From Escherichia phage mogra, in sequence record MN850579.1: DNA of 64,000 nucleotides, one strand, 5' to 3'. Position numbers and translations under genes: made by a program. This document shows, piece after piece, positions 38,380 to 49,376 of the stretch. The stretch's first letter is position 1, and each line of letters begins with the position of its first letter. The notes under the pieces are model-generated. The model was not told the origin of the DNA. It searched no databases and saw nothing but the letters and a program-made list of their open reading frames with translations.

Positions 38380-38703
38380 ATGACTACCGAGATTATTGAA
38401 AATAAAGAAGCAGAAGATGCAGTAGCTAAAATGCTACAAGAAATCCAAAAGAAAAATGAAGCTGAAGCACGTAAAAAATCCGAAAAGATTCTTAAAAAGA
38501 ATCGTTTTGAACTAAACCGTCTTTATGCTCATGCTCAAGAAGCAGCAATTCAAAACAACTTCGAAGCTTACGAATATGCTATTAAGAAATCTCGGGATAT
38601 TCTACGACAACCATATAATGACAAGTTAATTAAAATCCAGTGGGTTACTACTCGTCAGGCTATTGAGGACATCATTAATGGCGCTAGTTCAAACAAAGTT
38701 TAA
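38380..38703 (+). CDS. hypothetical helical protein
   Basis: 107 aa. Confidence 0.5.
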   Translation: MTTEIIENKEAEDAVAKMLQEIQKKNEAEARKKSEKILKKNRFELNRLYAHAQEAAIQNNFEAYEYAIKKSRDILRQPYNDKLIKIQWVTTRQAIEDIINGASSNKV

Positions 38704-38884
38704 ACGTCTGAAGCTGAACGCAGGGTTCACCATTAAATTGGGTGGTCCTCTTTGTGTTAAAATTTCTGAAAAGGAATATCATGACGGTTCTATTACAGAA
38801 ATTTGTCCGCCTATTGTAAAGGCAGACCCAAAACAACTCGTGTGGGTTGATTCATTTCAAGTTAAGAAATGGTGGAAACAATGA
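38678..38884 (+). CDS. hypothetical protein
   Basis: Internal ATG; overlaps upstream gene. Confidence 0.4.
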   Translation: MALVQTKFKRLKLNAGFTIKLGGPLCVKISEKEYHDGSITEICPPIVKADPKQLVWVDSFQVKKWWKQ

Positions 38885-38923
38885 GAGAAATCGGTTTAGG
38901 TATTTTCTGAGAGGTGCTTATGC

Positions 38924-39097
38924 ATGACGAACATCCCGACTTCTGAAAATTTCGATAAAATCCGTAAAGGCAAAGCAGAAAGAATGAGACGTTTTAAAGA
39001 GTCTTATGATAAAGCTAAAGCCGAAGGAACTATTACATACAAGCCCATTCGATTTAAAAGTTCAAATGAGCCTCTGTACGGTGTACTATGTGGATAG
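38924..39097 (+). CDS. small hypothetical protein (57 aa)
   Basis: SD gaggtg; followed by a terminator. Confidence 0.4.
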   Translation: MTNIPTSENFDKIRKGKAERMRRFKESYDKAKAEGTITYKPIRFKSSNEPLYGVLCG

Positions 39098-39120
39098 GAA
39101 CTCTTCGGAGTTCCTTTTTT
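39097..39120 (+). terminator. rho-independent terminator upstream of gene 47
   Basis: GGAACTC-TTCG-GAGTTCC then T6. Confidence 0.75.
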
Positions 39121-39143
39121 GCTTTATAAACGGATGATAGAAT
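39120..39143 (+). promoter_or_regulatory. candidate middle promoter for genes 47-46
   Basis: TGCTTTA 39120-39126, 11 nt spacer, TAGAAT. Confidence 0.45.
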
Positions 39144-39166
39144 GAATTAACTAATGAGGAAATAAT

Positions 39167-40186
39167 ATGAAAATTTTGCACTTAGGCGACTTCCATATCG
39201 GAGTCAAACAAGACGACCCATGGGTTCAAGATATTCAACGTGATGGTATTCATCAAGCAATTGAATACTCTAAGAAACACGGGATTAAAACTTGGATTCA
39301 GTACGGTGATTGGTTTGACGTCCGTAAAGCAATAACACATCGTACAATGGAATTCAATCGTGAAATCGTTGATATGATTTCTAAAGCAGGCATTCACGTT
39401 CATGTCACGATAGGAAACCATGACATGGCGTTTAAGAATACAATAACACCTAACACTGTTTCTGAATTGTTAACTCAATTTGAAAACTTTACTATTTACG
39501 AGCATCCGACTACTGTAGATTTTGACGGATGTCTGATTGATATCGTTCCATGGATGTGTGAAGAAAATACAGGTGAAATCTTAGAGCACATCAAGACTTC
39601 TTCCGCAGCGTATTGTGTTGGGCACTGGGAACTGAATGGCTTTTATTTCTATAAAGGGATGAAGTCTCATGGGCTTGAACCTGATTTCTTAAAGACCTAT
39701 AAACAAGTCTGGTCCGGCCACTTCCACACAATCTCTGAAGCTGCTAACGTCAAATATATTGGGACACCATGGACCCTTACTGCAGGTGATGAGAACGACC
39801 CGCGCGGATTCTGGGTATTTGACACTGATGATGAACGTATGGAATTTATTCCTAATGAAACAACATGGCATCGACGAATCACTTATCCATTTAAAGGCAA
39901 AATCAATTATTCTGATTATACTAATCTAGCCGTACGTGTTATAGTATCAGAAATTGATTCAGAGTTGACTAAGTTTGAATCTGAACTTGAAAAAGTAGTT
40001 CACTCTCTTCGTATGGTTTCTAAAGTTGATAACAGTGTTGAATCTGATGACGACCAGGAAATCGAGATTAAATCACTTCAAGATATCATTAAAGAATATA
40101 TTGACGCGATTCCAGATATCTCAGACGAAGACAGAGAAGCGCTGGTCAAATATTCCAACGAACTTTATATTGAGGCAACACAATGA
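39167..40186 (+). CDS. 47: recombination nuclease subunit gp47 (Mre11/SbcD-like)
   Basis: MKILHLGDFHIG phosphoesterase motif; HD..GNHD; T4 synteny. Confidence 0.92.
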   Translation: MKILHLGDFHIGVKQDDPWVQDIQRDGIHQAIEYSKKHGIKTWIQYGDWFDVRKAITHRTMEFNREIVDMISKAGIHVHVTIGNHDMAFKNTITPNTVSELLTQFENFTIYEHPTTVDFDGCLIDIVPWMCEENTGEILEHIKTSSAAYCVGHWELNGFYFYKGMKSHGLEPDFLKTYKQVWSGHFHTISEAANVKYIGTPWTLTAGDENDPRGFWVFDTDDERMEFIPNETTWHRRITYPFKGKINYSDYTNLAVRVIVSEIDSELTKFESELEKVVHSLRMVSKVDNSVESDDDQEIEIKSLQDIIKEYIDAIPDISDEDREALVKYSNELYIEATQ

Positions 40187-40440
40187 CTTTAGATGAATTT
40201 AATAATGCTGGGCTCGGGCTTGAAGTCGAAATGGACGTTAAAGATGACGATGGATTCGAGAACACTATCAAGTATTGGATTGAGCCATTACGCGTTGAAT
40301 GCAATGAAGTTAAAGCAGTTCATGTCTGCACCGACTGGGCTATTGAATTTAGCTTTAATATAATGGACAACGATACTCCTGGCTCTATTCTTAAAATGGC
40401 TGAAGCGTGTATTGAGGATGCGTATAATGACGAAGACTGA
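40183..40440 (+). CDS. hypothetical protein
   Basis: ATGA coupling. Confidence 0.5.
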   Translation: MTLDEFNNAGLGLEVEMDVKDDDGFENTIKYWIEPLRVECNEVKAVHVCTDWAIEFSFNIMDNDTPGSILKMAEACIEDAYNDED

Positions 40441-40666
40441 TTATGAAATCCATCGTCATGAATTTAGTATTGGTGACGGTTATATTGGTATCGTTGAATG
40501 GACTGAGAATTACGAGGAATCAACTCCTCGTTTCTTTGGAACAATGTATGTTACCTGTGAGTATGCACCAGGTGTTGTTATGTATGCAGAACTAGATGAA
40601 TATTTTGCTGATAGAGATGACATGTTAAAATATGTAGAGGACTTCATTCGAAGAGAATACATATGA
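40427..40666 (+). CDS. hypothetical protein
   Basis: Overlap coupling. Confidence 0.45.
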   Translation: MTKTDYEIHRHEFSIGDGYIGIVEWTENYEESTPRFFGTMYVTCEYAPGVVMYAELDEYFADRDDMLKYVEDFIRREYI

Positions 40667-42351
40667 AATCATTTAAATTAAACCGTGTTCGTTATCAAAA
40701 CATCATGTCGGTAGGTGGGAATCCTATTGATATCCAATTAGATAAAGTCCAAAAGACATTAATCACTGGTAAAAATGGTGGTGGTAAATCTACGATGTTA
40801 GAAGCCATTACTTTCGGACTTTTCGGTAAACCATTTCGTGATGTTAAGAAAGGACAAATCATTAATAGCACGAACAAGAAAGAGCTCTTAGTTGAGCTTT
40901 GGATGGAATTCGATGATAAAAAATACTTCATTAGACGTGGCCAAAAGCCCAATATTTTCGAAATCTCCGTTGACGGTGTTCGTCTCGATGAATCTGCCAG
41001 CAGTCGTGACTTCCAAGAAGAATTTGAACGTAGCATCGGAATGTCATACGCGTCTTTTAAACAGATCGTTGTGCTTGGGACGGCAGGGTATACCCCTTTC
41101 ATGGCTCTTAGCACCCCTGCTCGTAGAAAACTTGTCGAAGACCTTTTAGAAGTCGGCACACTCGCTGAAATGGATAAAATCAATAAGTCTCAAGTTCGAG
41201 AACTTAATTCCCAGGGACAAGTTCTCGATGCCAAGAAAGATGGTGTTATCCAACAAATTAAGATTTATAACGAGAATATCGAACGTCAAAAGAAATTATC
41301 TGGTGATAATGTAGCGCGTCTACAGAATATGTATGACGACCTAGCCAAAGAAGCTCGTTCATTAAAAGCAGAAATCGAAGAAGCTAATGAGCGACTACTT
41401 AATATCGTTCTTGATGAAGACCCTACTGAGGCATTCAACAAGATAGGACAAGAAGCATTCTTGATTAAATCTAAAATTGACTCATACAACAAAGTTATTA
41501 AGATGTATCATGATGGCGGTACATGTCCTACTTGCGCATCACAGTTGCACCAGGGTGACCCTATTGTCTCTAAGATTACCGATAAGCTTCATGAATGTAA
41601 TCACTCATTCGAGCAACTTACCTGTCACAGAGATAATCTGAGTGTCCTAGTTGATGAATATAGAGCTAATGTTAAGACTAAGCAGGACCTTGCATCTGAT
41701 ATTCGTACCAAGAAACAAGCAATGATTGCCACTATTGATAAAGCTAAGAAAGTTAAAGCTGCAATAGAGCAAGCCTCAGCAGAATTTATCGACCATGCCG
41801 ATGAGATAGCTTTGCTTCAAAAAGAACTTGATAAAATCATTAAAACAAAATCGGATATCGTTCTTGAAAAATACCATCGTGGTATTATCACAGATATGTT
41901 AAAAGATTCTGGTATTAAAGGTGCTATCATTAAAAAATATGTGCCTCTGTTCAACAAGCAGATTAACCATTATCTTAAAATTATGGAAGCCGATTACGTG
42001 TTTTCTATTGACGAAGAATTCAATGAATCTATAAAATCACGTGGTCGTGAAGAGTTCAGTTATGCTTCATTTAGTCAAGGTGAAAAAGCACGTATCGATA
42101 TCGCGCTGTTGTTTACATGGCGAGATATTGCTGAAAAGGTTTCTGGTGTTAGAATTAATACATTAATTATGGACGAAGTCATGGATTCCGCGACTGATTC
42201 TGAAGGTATTAAAGCTATTTCAACAATTCTTAACTCTCTAACCGATGCAAACGTGTTTATAATTAGTCACAGAGACCATGACCCACAAGCTTATGGACAA
42301 CATCTTCAAATGAGCAAAGTTGGACGATTTACTGTGATGACTGTTTCATAA
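40663..42351 (+). CDS. 46: recombination endonuclease subunit gp46 (Rad50/SbcC-like ATPase)
   Basis: Walker A GKNGGGKST; coiled-coil middle; CPTC zinc hook; signature and Walker B near C-terminus. Confidence 0.93.
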   Translation: MKSFKLNRVRYQNIMSVGGNPIDIQLDKVQKTLITGKNGGGKSTMLEAITFGLFGKPFRDVKKGQIINSTNKKELLVELWMEFDDKKYFIRRGQKPNIFEISVDGVRLDESASSRDFQEEFERSIGMSYASFKQIVVLGTAGYTPFMALSTPARRKLVEDLLEVGTLAEMDKINKSQVRELNSQGQVLDAKKDGVIQQIKIYNENIERQKKLSGDNVARLQNMYDDLAKEARSLKAEIEEANERLLNIVLDEDPTEAFNKIGQEAFLIKSKIDSYNKVIKMYHDGGTCPTCASQLHQGDPIVSKITDKLHECNHSFEQLTCHRDNLSVLVDEYRANVKTKQDLASDIRTKKQAMIATIDKAKKVKAAIEQASAEFIDHADEIALLQKELDKIIKTKSDIVLEKYHRGIITDMLKDSGIKGAIIKKYVPLFNKQINHYLKIMEADYVFSIDEEFNESIKSRGREEFSYASFSQGEKARIDIALLFTWRDIAEKVSGVRINTLIMDEVMDSATDSEGIKAISTILNSLTDANVFIISHRDHDPQAYGQHLQMSKVGRFTVMTVS

Positions 42352-42405
42352 ACGCTTTAACATGATGTGGTTATAATGACCACATCAAATTAAATGGAGA
42401 ACAAC

Positions 42406-42594
42406 ATGGAGTATTCAACTGGACAACATCTTCTCGTTGTCCCTGAAATTAAAAAATATGTTTTGACCAATACGTTTTCAGGTGAAGAACATATTGTTAC
42501 TGAACAAATGCTCAAATCTGCTTTTAAAGATGAGTATAATAAAATAATGTCTAATCGCAATTCCGCATGGACAGTTACCGACTTCTACGAATAA
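42406..42594 (+). CDS. hypothetical protein
   Basis: SD tggag. Confidence 0.45.
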   Translation: MEYSTGQHLLVVPEIKKYVLTNTFSGEEHIVTEQMLKSAFKDEYNKIMSNRNSAWTVTDFYE

Positions 42595-42606
42595 GAGAGA
42601 AATAAT

Positions 42607-43023
42607 ATGTTTACTACTGCTAAAGGTTTTACCGCTGCTGATCTGAAAGTTACTTCTATCCGTACTGACGCTAACCCACATAACCATAATCGTGTTCGTA
42701 AAGCATGGGTCCTGCATTGTGATGACGCAAGTGCTAAAAAGCTTCAATCTCTTCCACAAGAAACTCGTTTCATGATTTATGGCTTTATTGATAACGATGT
42801 GTCTGATATGTGGATTCATTTGATGCGTAAGCATTATAAAGATTCTATCGAAGCAGGTGCTAAAATCGTTCTTGATAAAGACGGTTCTGAACGCCTTGAA
42901 GATTTTTACTGTGTTGATGCCGACGAACAACTAATTGCCGCTGGTGAAATTGTTGCTTCTAAAATTCCAGAATATATTGAATCACTGCCTGAAGCTATTA
43001 AAAAGCAGATGGTTGCTGCATAA
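42607..43023 (+). CDS. rpbA: RNA polymerase-binding protein RpbA (by position)
   Basis: Between gene 46 and gene 45 as in T4. Confidence 0.55.
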   Translation: MFTTAKGFTAADLKVTSIRTDANPHNHNRVRKAWVLHCDDASAKKLQSLPQETRFMIYGFIDNDVSDMWIHLMRKHYKDSIEAGAKIVLDKDGSERLEDFYCVDADEQLIAAGEIVASKIPEYIESLPEAIKKQMVAA

Positions 43024-43065
43024 TAAATTTGTTATAAACTTTGAATTGTCTTGAAAGGAAATAAA

Positions 43066-43752
43066 ATGAAACTGTCTAAAGATACTATCGCTATTCTGAA
43101 AAACTTTGCCTCTATTAACTCTGGCATTCTGCTGAGTCAAGGTAAATTTATTATGACTCGTGCAGTTAATGGCACCACTTATGCGGAAGCAAATATCTCC
43201 GATGAAATTGATTTTGACGTAGCACTTTATGATTTGAATAGCTTCTTAAGCATTTTGAGTCTAGTGTCTGATGATGCCGAAATTTCAATGCATACTGATG
43301 GCAATATTAAAATTGCAGATACACGTTCCACAGTTTATTGGCCTGCTGCCGACAAGAGCACCATTGTTTTTCCTAATAAGCCAATTCAATTCCCAGTGGC
43401 TTCTGTGATTACTGAAATTAAAGCTGAAGACCTTCAACAATTGCTTCGAGTTTCACGTGGACTTCAGATTGATACAATTGCTATTACAAATAAAGATGGT
43501 AAAATTGTTATCAATGGCTATAATAAAGTTGAAGATTCCGGACTAACTCGTCCTAAGTATTCTTTGACTCTTACTGATTATGACGGTTCTAATAACTTTA
43601 ACTTCGTAATCAATATGGCTAATATGAAAATCCAGCCAGGTAACTATAAAGTAATGTTGTGGGGAGCTGGTGATAAAGTTGCAGCTAAGTTTGAAAGCTC
43701 TCAAGTAAGTTATGTTATTGCGATGGAAGCCGATTCTACTCACGACTTCTAA
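43066..43752 (+). CDS. 45: sliding clamp gp45
   Basis: MKLSKDTIAILKNFASINSGILL; near-identical to T4 gp45; 228 aa. Confidence 0.93.
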   Translation: MKLSKDTIAILKNFASINSGILLSQGKFIMTRAVNGTTYAEANISDEIDFDVALYDLNSFLSILSLVSDDAEISMHTDGNIKIADTRSTVYWPAADKSTIVFPNKPIQFPVASVITEIKAEDLQQLLRVSRGLQIDTIAITNKDGKIVINGYNKVEDSGLTRPKYSLTLTDYDGSNNFNFVINMANMKIQPGNYKVMLWGAGDKVAAKFESSQVSYVIAMEADSTHDF

Positions 43753-43827
43753 GTCAAAGCTTTACGTTTATTGTGATACGATTATGGAGGAGAAATCCTC
43801 CAGTTTAATGATAATGAGGAAAATTAC

Positions 43828-44790
43828 ATGATTACTATCAATTCCAAAGAACACATTCTAGAACAGAAATATCGTCCTTCTTCCATTGACGAATGTATTC
43901 TGCCTGCGTATGACCATGAAACATTCAAGTCTTTAGTATCTAAAGGAAAACTTCCTCATATTATTTTGCACTCTCCTTCTCCTGGTACCGGTAAAACAAC
44001 CGTAGCAAAAGCATTATGTAACGATATCAACGCTGAAATGATGTTCGTCAACGGTTCTGATTGTAAAATTGATTTTGTACGTGGTCCATTAACTGCATTC
44101 GCTCGTTCAGTCTCAATGGAAGGCAAGCCTAAAGTTATTGTTATTGATGAATTTGACCGTAGTGGCCTCGCTGAATCACAACGTCACCTTCGTACATTCA
44201 TGGAAGAATTCTCTAGTAACTGTTCTATTATTATTACTGCCAACAACATCGATGGAATTATCGAACCGTTACGTAGTCGTTGTCGAGTTATCGAATTCGG
44301 ACGTCCAACCGAAGAAGATAAAATCTCAATGATGAAGAAAATGATTCATCGCATGGTTGAAATCTGTAAGAACGAAAATATCGAAATCGCTGATATGAAA
44401 GTTGTTGCAGCTCTGGTTAAAAAGAACTTCCCGGACTTTCGACGTACAATTGGTCAATTAGACCAGTACTCGTCTAAAGGTGTTCTTGATGCAGGTATTT
44501 TGTCGATTGTAACCAATGATCGTGGCACGGTAGATGATGTCATAGAAGCAATGAAAAATAAAGATATCAAACAGCTTCGTGCGTTAGCTCCAAAATATGC
44601 CGCTGATTATTCATGGTTCATCGATAAATTAGTTTCTGAGTGTTATGACAAAGTTGCACCAGGTAAAAGTATTATTTCGCTTTATGAAATTGCAGGCGAA
44701 AATAATAAGTTTCATGGATTAGCAAGTAATATTGAATTACATGTTATGTATATGCTTCTTCAACTGACCTGCGAACTGACTTGGAAATAA
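43828..44790 (+). CDS. 44: clamp loader large subunit gp44 (AAA+)
   Basis: Walker [11 protein letters not shown]; VIDEFD Walker B; T4 synteny. Confidence 0.93.
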   Translation: MITINSKEHILEQKYRPSSIDECILPAYDHETFKSLVSKGKLPHIILHSPSPGTGKTTVAKALCNDINAEMMFVNGSDCKIDFVRGPLTAFARSVSMEGKPKVIVIDEFDRSGLAESQRHLRTFMEEFSSNCSIIITANNIDGIIEPLRSRCRVIEFGRPTEEDKISMMKKMIHRMVEICKNENIEIADMKVVAALVKKNFPDFRRTIGQLDQYSSKGVLDAGILSIVTNDRGTVDDVIEAMKNKDIKQLRALAPKYAADYSWFIDKLVSECYDKVAPGKSIISLYEIAGENNKFHGLASNIELHVMYMLLQLTCELTWK

Positions 44791-44791
44791 T

Positions 44792-45355
44792 ATGAACTTA
44801 TTTGATGATGACGTCCAACTTAACGAGCACCAAATTGCATGGAAGTCTAACGACGCTGATGCGATTCAAAAATGTGCTGACATGTTTAAAGAAAAACCTG
44901 AGAATGAATTCTTTAAAATCATTAATGCTATTAATGAAAAGAAATCTATGTCAATTGCTCAGGTCGACTACTCAAAATTTATGGTTGAGAACTCATTATC
45001 CCAGTTCCCAGAATGTATGCCAGCCGTTTACATGATGAACTTAGTCGGTTCTGAATTAAGTGATGAAGCGCACTTCAACTATATGATGGCGGCAATTCCA
45101 CGTGGCCGACGATTCTCTAAATGGGCTAAACTAGTCGAAGACACTTCAGAGTTACTAGTTATCAAACTGTTGATGAAACATTACACAATCAACATGAATG
45201 ATGCTACCGAGTATAAGCGGCTCCTTGAAAAAAATAACAAGTTGCCAATAGTCCTTAAAGAACTGAAGGCCATGGTCACTGATGAGTTTCTCAAAGAAGT
45301 TACAAAAAATGTGAAAGAACAAAAACAATTTAAAAAATTAGCATTGGAATGGTAA
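44792..45355 (+). CDS. 62: clamp loader small subunit gp62
   Basis: 187 aa; directly follows gene 44. Confidence 0.8.
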   Translation: MNLFDDDVQLNEHQIAWKSNDADAIQKCADMFKEKPENEFFKIINAINEKKSMSIAQVDYSKFMVENSLSQFPECMPAVYMMNLVGSELSDEAHFNYMMAAIPRGRRFSKWAKLVEDTSELLVIKLLMKHYTINMNDATEYKRLLEKNNKLPIVLKELKAMVTDEFLKEVTKNVKEQKQFKKLALEW

Positions 45356-45357
45356 AA

Positions 45358-45726
45358 ATGATCGAAATTAAATTGAAGAACCCCGAAGATTTTCTGAAAG
45401 TCAAAGAGACTCTGACCCGTATGGGCATCGCTAATAACAAGGATAAAGTTCTTTATCAGTCCTGTCATATCCTCCAAAAGCAAGGTAAATATTACATCGT
45501 CCACTTTAAAGAAATGCTGCGTATGGACGGACGTCAGGTTGATATTGATGGTGAAGACTATCAGCGACGTGATTCGATTGCTCAGTTGCTTGAAGACTGG
45601 GGATTGATTGTTATTGAAGACTCTGCTCGTGAAGATCTGTTTGGCCTGACTAATAACTTCCGTGTTATCTCTTTTAAACAGAAAGATGACTGGACTTTGA
45701 AAGCAAAATATACAATTGGTAATTAA
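45358..45726 (+). CDS. regA: translational repressor RegA
   Basis: MIEIKLKNPEDFLKVKETLTRMGIANNKDKVLYQSCHILQK; near-identical to T4 RegA. Confidence 0.92.
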   Translation: MIEIKLKNPEDFLKVKETLTRMGIANNKDKVLYQSCHILQKQGKYYIVHFKEMLRMDGRQVDIDGEDYQRRDSIAQLLEDWGLIVIEDSAREDLFGLTNNFRVISFKQKDDWTLKAKYTIGN

Positions 45727-45730
45727 AGCA

Positions 45731-45748
45731 ATGGGACTTCGGTCCCAT
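45731..45748 (+). terminator. stem-loop between regA and gene 43 (weak terminator or processing/regulatory hairpin)
   Basis: ATGGGAC-TTCG-GTCCCAT; only a short T run. Confidence 0.4.
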
Positions 45749-45807
45749 TTGGAGTATAATAAGTTCATCAACAAACAAAAGACAATAACTCGTCTAAAGG
45801 AAATTAA

Positions 45808-48519
45808 ATGAAAGAATTTTACTTAACGGTTGAACAGATTGGTGATTCAATTTTTGAACGTTACATCGATTCTAATGGCCGTGAACGTACTCGTGAAGTA
45901 GAATATAAACCATCACTGTTTGCTCATTGTCCAGAAAGTCAGGCTACGAAATATTTCGATATCTACGGTAAGCCGTGTACTCGTAAGCTGTTCGCTAATA
46001 TGCGTGATGCCTCCCAATGGATTAAACGCATGGAAGATATCGGACTTGAAGCACTTGGCATGGACGATTTCAAATTGGCGTATTTGTCTGACACTTATAA
46101 CTATGAAATCAAATACGACCATACAAAAATTCGTGTGGCTAACTTCGACATCGAAGTAACATCTCCGGATGGGTTCCCTGAGCCGTCACAAGCAAAACAT
46201 CCGATTGATGCTATCACCCATTATGACTCAATTGACGACAGGTTCTACGTATTTGATCTATTGAATTCTCCATATGGTAATGTAGAAGAATGGTCTATTG
46301 AAATCGCTGCTAAGCTTCAAGAACAAGGCGGTGATGAAGTTCCATCTGAAATTATCGATAAAATCATTTATATGCCGTTCGATAACGAAAAAGAATTGTT
46401 GATGGAATATCTCAACTTCTGGCAACAGAAAACTCCTGTCATTTTGACTGGATGGAACGTTGAGTCATTTGATATTCCATATGTGTATAACCGAATCAAG
46501 AATATTTTTGGCGAATCTACTGCGAAACGTTTATCGCCACATCGTAAAACTCGTGTTAAAGTTATCGAAAACATGTATGGTTCTCGTGAAATCATTACAT
46601 TGTTCGGTATCTCTGTTCTTGATTACATTGACCTTTACAAAAAATTCTCTTTTACCAATCAACCGTCGTATTCTCTGGATTACATTTCAGAATTTGAATT
46701 GAACGTTGGTAAACTGAAATATGACGGCCCTATTTCTAAACTTCGTGAAAGCAATCACCAACGATATATTTCTTATAACATTATCGATGTGTATCGTGTA
46801 TTGCAAATTGATGCTAAGCGTCAGTTCATCAACTTGAGTTTGGACATGGGTTATTATGCTAAGATACAGATTCAATCTGTGTTTAGCCCAATTAAAACAT
46901 GGGATGCTATTATTTTTAATAGCCTTAAAGAGCAGAACAAGGTGATTCCACAAGGTCGTTCTCACCCGGTTCAACCTTATCCTGGCGCTTTTGTTAAGGA
47001 ACCTATTCCAAATCGATACAAATATGTAATGAGTTTCGACCTTACATCTCTGTATCCAAGCATCATTCGCCAAGTGAATATTAGCCCAGAAACAATAGCA
47101 GGAACGTTTAAAGTAGCTCCATTACATGATTATATTAACGCAATCGCTGAACGTCCTTCAGATGTGTACAGTTGTTCTCCTAACGGCATGATGTATTATA
47201 AAGACCGTGATGGTGTAGTTCCAACTGAAATCACTAAGGTCTTTAATCAACGTAAAGAACATAAAGGTTACATGCTTGCAGCTCAACGTAATGGTGAAAT
47301 AATTAAAGAGGCATTGCATAATCCTAATCTTTCTGTTGACGAACCATTAGATGTTGATTATCGTTTCGACTTCAGCGATGAGATTAAAGAAAAGATTAAA
47401 AAGTTGTCTGCTAAATCTCTTAATGAAATGTTGTTTAGAGCTCAACGTACTGAAGTTGCAGGTATGACTGCACAAATTAACCGTAAATTGCTCATCAACT
47501 CACTTTATGGTGCACTTGGCAACGTTTGGTTCCGTTATTATGATTTGCGTAATGCTACTGCAATCACAACATTCGGGCAAATGGCTTTACAGTGGATTGA
47601 ACGTAAAGTTAATGAATATCTGAATGAAGTTTGTGGTACAGAAGGTGAAGCTTTCGTTCTTTATGGTGATACAGACTCCATTTACGTATCTGCGGATAAA
47701 ATTATTGATAAGGTTGGTGAATCTAAATTCCGTGATACTAACCATTGGGTAGACTTCTTAGATAAGTTCGCTCGTGAACGTATGGAACCTGCTATTGATA
47801 GAGGTTTCCGTGAAATGTGCGAATACATGAATAATAAGCAACATTTGATGTTCATGGACCGAGAAGCTATTGCTGGCCCTCCGCTCGGTTCTAAAGGTAT
47901 TGGTGGATTCTGGACTGGTAAGAAACGTTATGCATTAAACGTGTGGGATATGGAAGGCACTCGTTATGCTGAGCCTAAACTCAAAATCATGGGTCTAGAG
48001 ACTCAGAAATCTTCGACCCCTAAAGCAGTACAGAAAGCTCTTAAAGAATGTATTCGTCGTATGCTTCAAGAAGGTGAAGAATCATTACAAGAATATTTTA
48101 AAGAGTTTGAAAAAGAATTCCGTCAATTGAATTATATTAGCATCGCGTCGGTATCTTCTGCGAATAACATTGCTAAATATGATGTCGGTGGATTCCCTGG
48201 TCCCAAATGCCCGTTCCATATTCGTGGAATTCTGACGTATAACCGGGCTATCAAAGGTAATATCGATGCACCACAAGTTGTAGAAGGTGAAAAAGTATAT
48301 GTTCTGCCTTTACGTGAAGGAAACCCATTCGGTGATAAATGTATCGCATGGCCTTCTGGCACTGAAATAACAGATTTAATTAAAGACGACGTACTTCATT
48401 GGATGGACTACACTGTTCTCCTTGAGAAGACATTTATTAAACCACTTGAAGGATTCACATCAGCAGCGAAACTCGATTACGAGAAGAAAGCATCTCTGTT
48501 CGATATGTTCGATTTTTGA
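45808..48519 (+). CDS. 43: DNA polymerase gp43 (family B)
   Basis: 903 aa; exo motif FDIEV; pol motifs DxxSLYPS, KxxxNSxYG, YGDTDS; matches recalled RB69 gp43. Confidence 0.97.
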   Translation: MKEFYLTVEQIGDSIFERYIDSNGRERTREVEYKPSLFAHCPESQATKYFDIYGKPCTRKLFANMRDASQWIKRMEDIGLEALGMDDFKLAYLSDTYNYEIKYDHTKIRVANFDIEVTSPDGFPEPSQAKHPIDAITHYDSIDDRFYVFDLLNSPYGNVEEWSIEIAAKLQEQGGDEVPSEIIDKIIYMPFDNEKELLMEYLNFWQQKTPVILTGWNVESFDIPYVYNRIKNIFGESTAKRLSPHRKTRVKVIENMYGSREIITLFGISVLDYIDLYKKFSFTNQPSYSLDYISEFELNVGKLKYDGPISKLRESNHQRYISYNIIDVYRVLQIDAKRQFINLSLDMGYYAKIQIQSVFSPIKTWDAIIFNSLKEQNKVIPQGRSHPVQPYPGAFVKEPIPNRYKYVMSFDLTSLYPSIIRQVNISPETIAGTFKVAPLHDYINAIAERPSDVYSCSPNGMMYYKDRDGVVPTEITKVFNQRKEHKGYMLAAQRNGEIIKEALHNPNLSVDEPLDVDYRFDFSDEIKEKIKKLSAKSLNEMLFRAQRTEVAGMTAQINRKLLINSLYGALGNVWFRYYDLRNATAITTFGQMALQWIERKVNEYLNEVCGTEGEAFVLYGDTDSIYVSADKIIDKVGESKFRDTNHWVDFLDKFARERMEPAIDRGFREMCEYMNNKQHLMFMDREAIAGPPLGSKGIGGFWTGKKRYALNVWDMEGTRYAEPKLKIMGLETQKSSTPKAVQKALKECIRRMLQEGEESLQEYFKEFEKEFRQLNYISIASVSSANNIAKYDVGGFPGPKCPFHIRGILTYNRAIKGNIDAPQVVEGEKVYVLPLREGNPFGDKCIAWPSGTEITDLIKDDVLHWMDYTVLLEKTFIKPLEGFTSAAKLDYEKKASLFDMFDF

Positions 48520-48559
48520 TATAATGCCAAGGACGGCCAACTAATTAAATGAGAGAAAT

Positions 48560-49195
48560 ATGAAAACTACACCAATCACTATCGCTATTGACGCAATTGT
48601 AAAACAAGCTTCATCTCTTGCCACTATGGCTAAAGTAATTAGTCAAAACCATGCTCGTTATAATGCTATTCTAGAAACTCTTCGACGCCCTGGACTTAGT
48701 AATTATGAAAGCCGGGTAATTATTACAGGTGTTGGTAAGAATGCTAATATCGCAACTAAAGCTTCCGAGACTTTTGCTTCACTAGGTATTCCTAGCATGT
48801 ATTTGAATACCGGGCATTATTCTCATGGTGACGCAGGATTTATTGCACCTAATGATGTATTAGTTCACATCAGTCGTTCTGGTAAGACTGAAGAAATGAT
48901 AGGTGTTGCTAAACATCTTCGTATGATTCGTCCTCAGGTTAAACAGATTCTGTTACATTGTAACCCTGACATTCCACAAGAATACGAAGCTCTTTTTGAT
49001 TATACGTTCTGTACCGGTATCGCGGTAGAAGTTGACGAGAACTCTTTAGCTCCGACAATGTCTACTACATTGTTGTTAGCGCTTATCGATACGTTCGCTA
49101 TCAACCTTTCGTCTGAACGTGGATTTACCTCTAATGATTTCCTTAAGTTCCATCCAGGCGGTGCACTAGGTGCCATGTTACGAGGCGAACAATGA
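48560..49195 (+). CDS. SIS-domain sugar-phosphate isomerase, arabinose-5-phosphate isomerase-like
   Basis: ITGVGKNANIATKASETFASLGIP and ISRSGKTEE resemble KdsD/GutQ-type SIS motifs. Confidence 0.7.
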   Translation: MKTTPITIAIDAIVKQASSLATMAKVISQNHARYNAILETLRRPGLSNYESRVIITGVGKNANIATKASETFASLGIPSMYLNTGHYSHGDAGFIAPNDVLVHISRSGKTEEMIGVAKHLRMIRPQVKQILLHCNPDIPQEYEALFDYTFCTGIAVEVDENSLAPTMSTTLLLALIDTFAINLSSERGFTSNDFLKFHPGGALGAMLRGEQ

Positions 49196-49335
49196 AAGCA
49201 ATAACAATAGGACTTTTACTATTGATGCTTGCCATGACTATCTACTGGAGCTTAACGGCTCCGGTAATGATTCCAACACTTGTAATTGGATGGATTATGA
49301 TTGGACTACAAGCAAAGTATGAATGCTTTAACTAG
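49192..49335 (+). CDS. small membrane peptide (47 aa)
   Basis: ATGA overlap with SIS gene; one TM helix; not in ORF track. Confidence 0.35.
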   Translation: MKAITIGLLLLMLAMTIYWSLTAPVMIPTLVIGWIMIGLQAKYECFN

Positions 49336-49376
49336 AATAGTGTACAATACTCCTACTTACCAATGAGGACTTCAAC

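Noticed and set aside
40695-41183. 162-aa minus-strand ORF
   Set aside because: Lies inside gene 46, which is confidently identified by Walker motifs
45181-45774. 197-aa minus-strand ORF
   Set aside because: Antisense to gp62 and regA, both well supported
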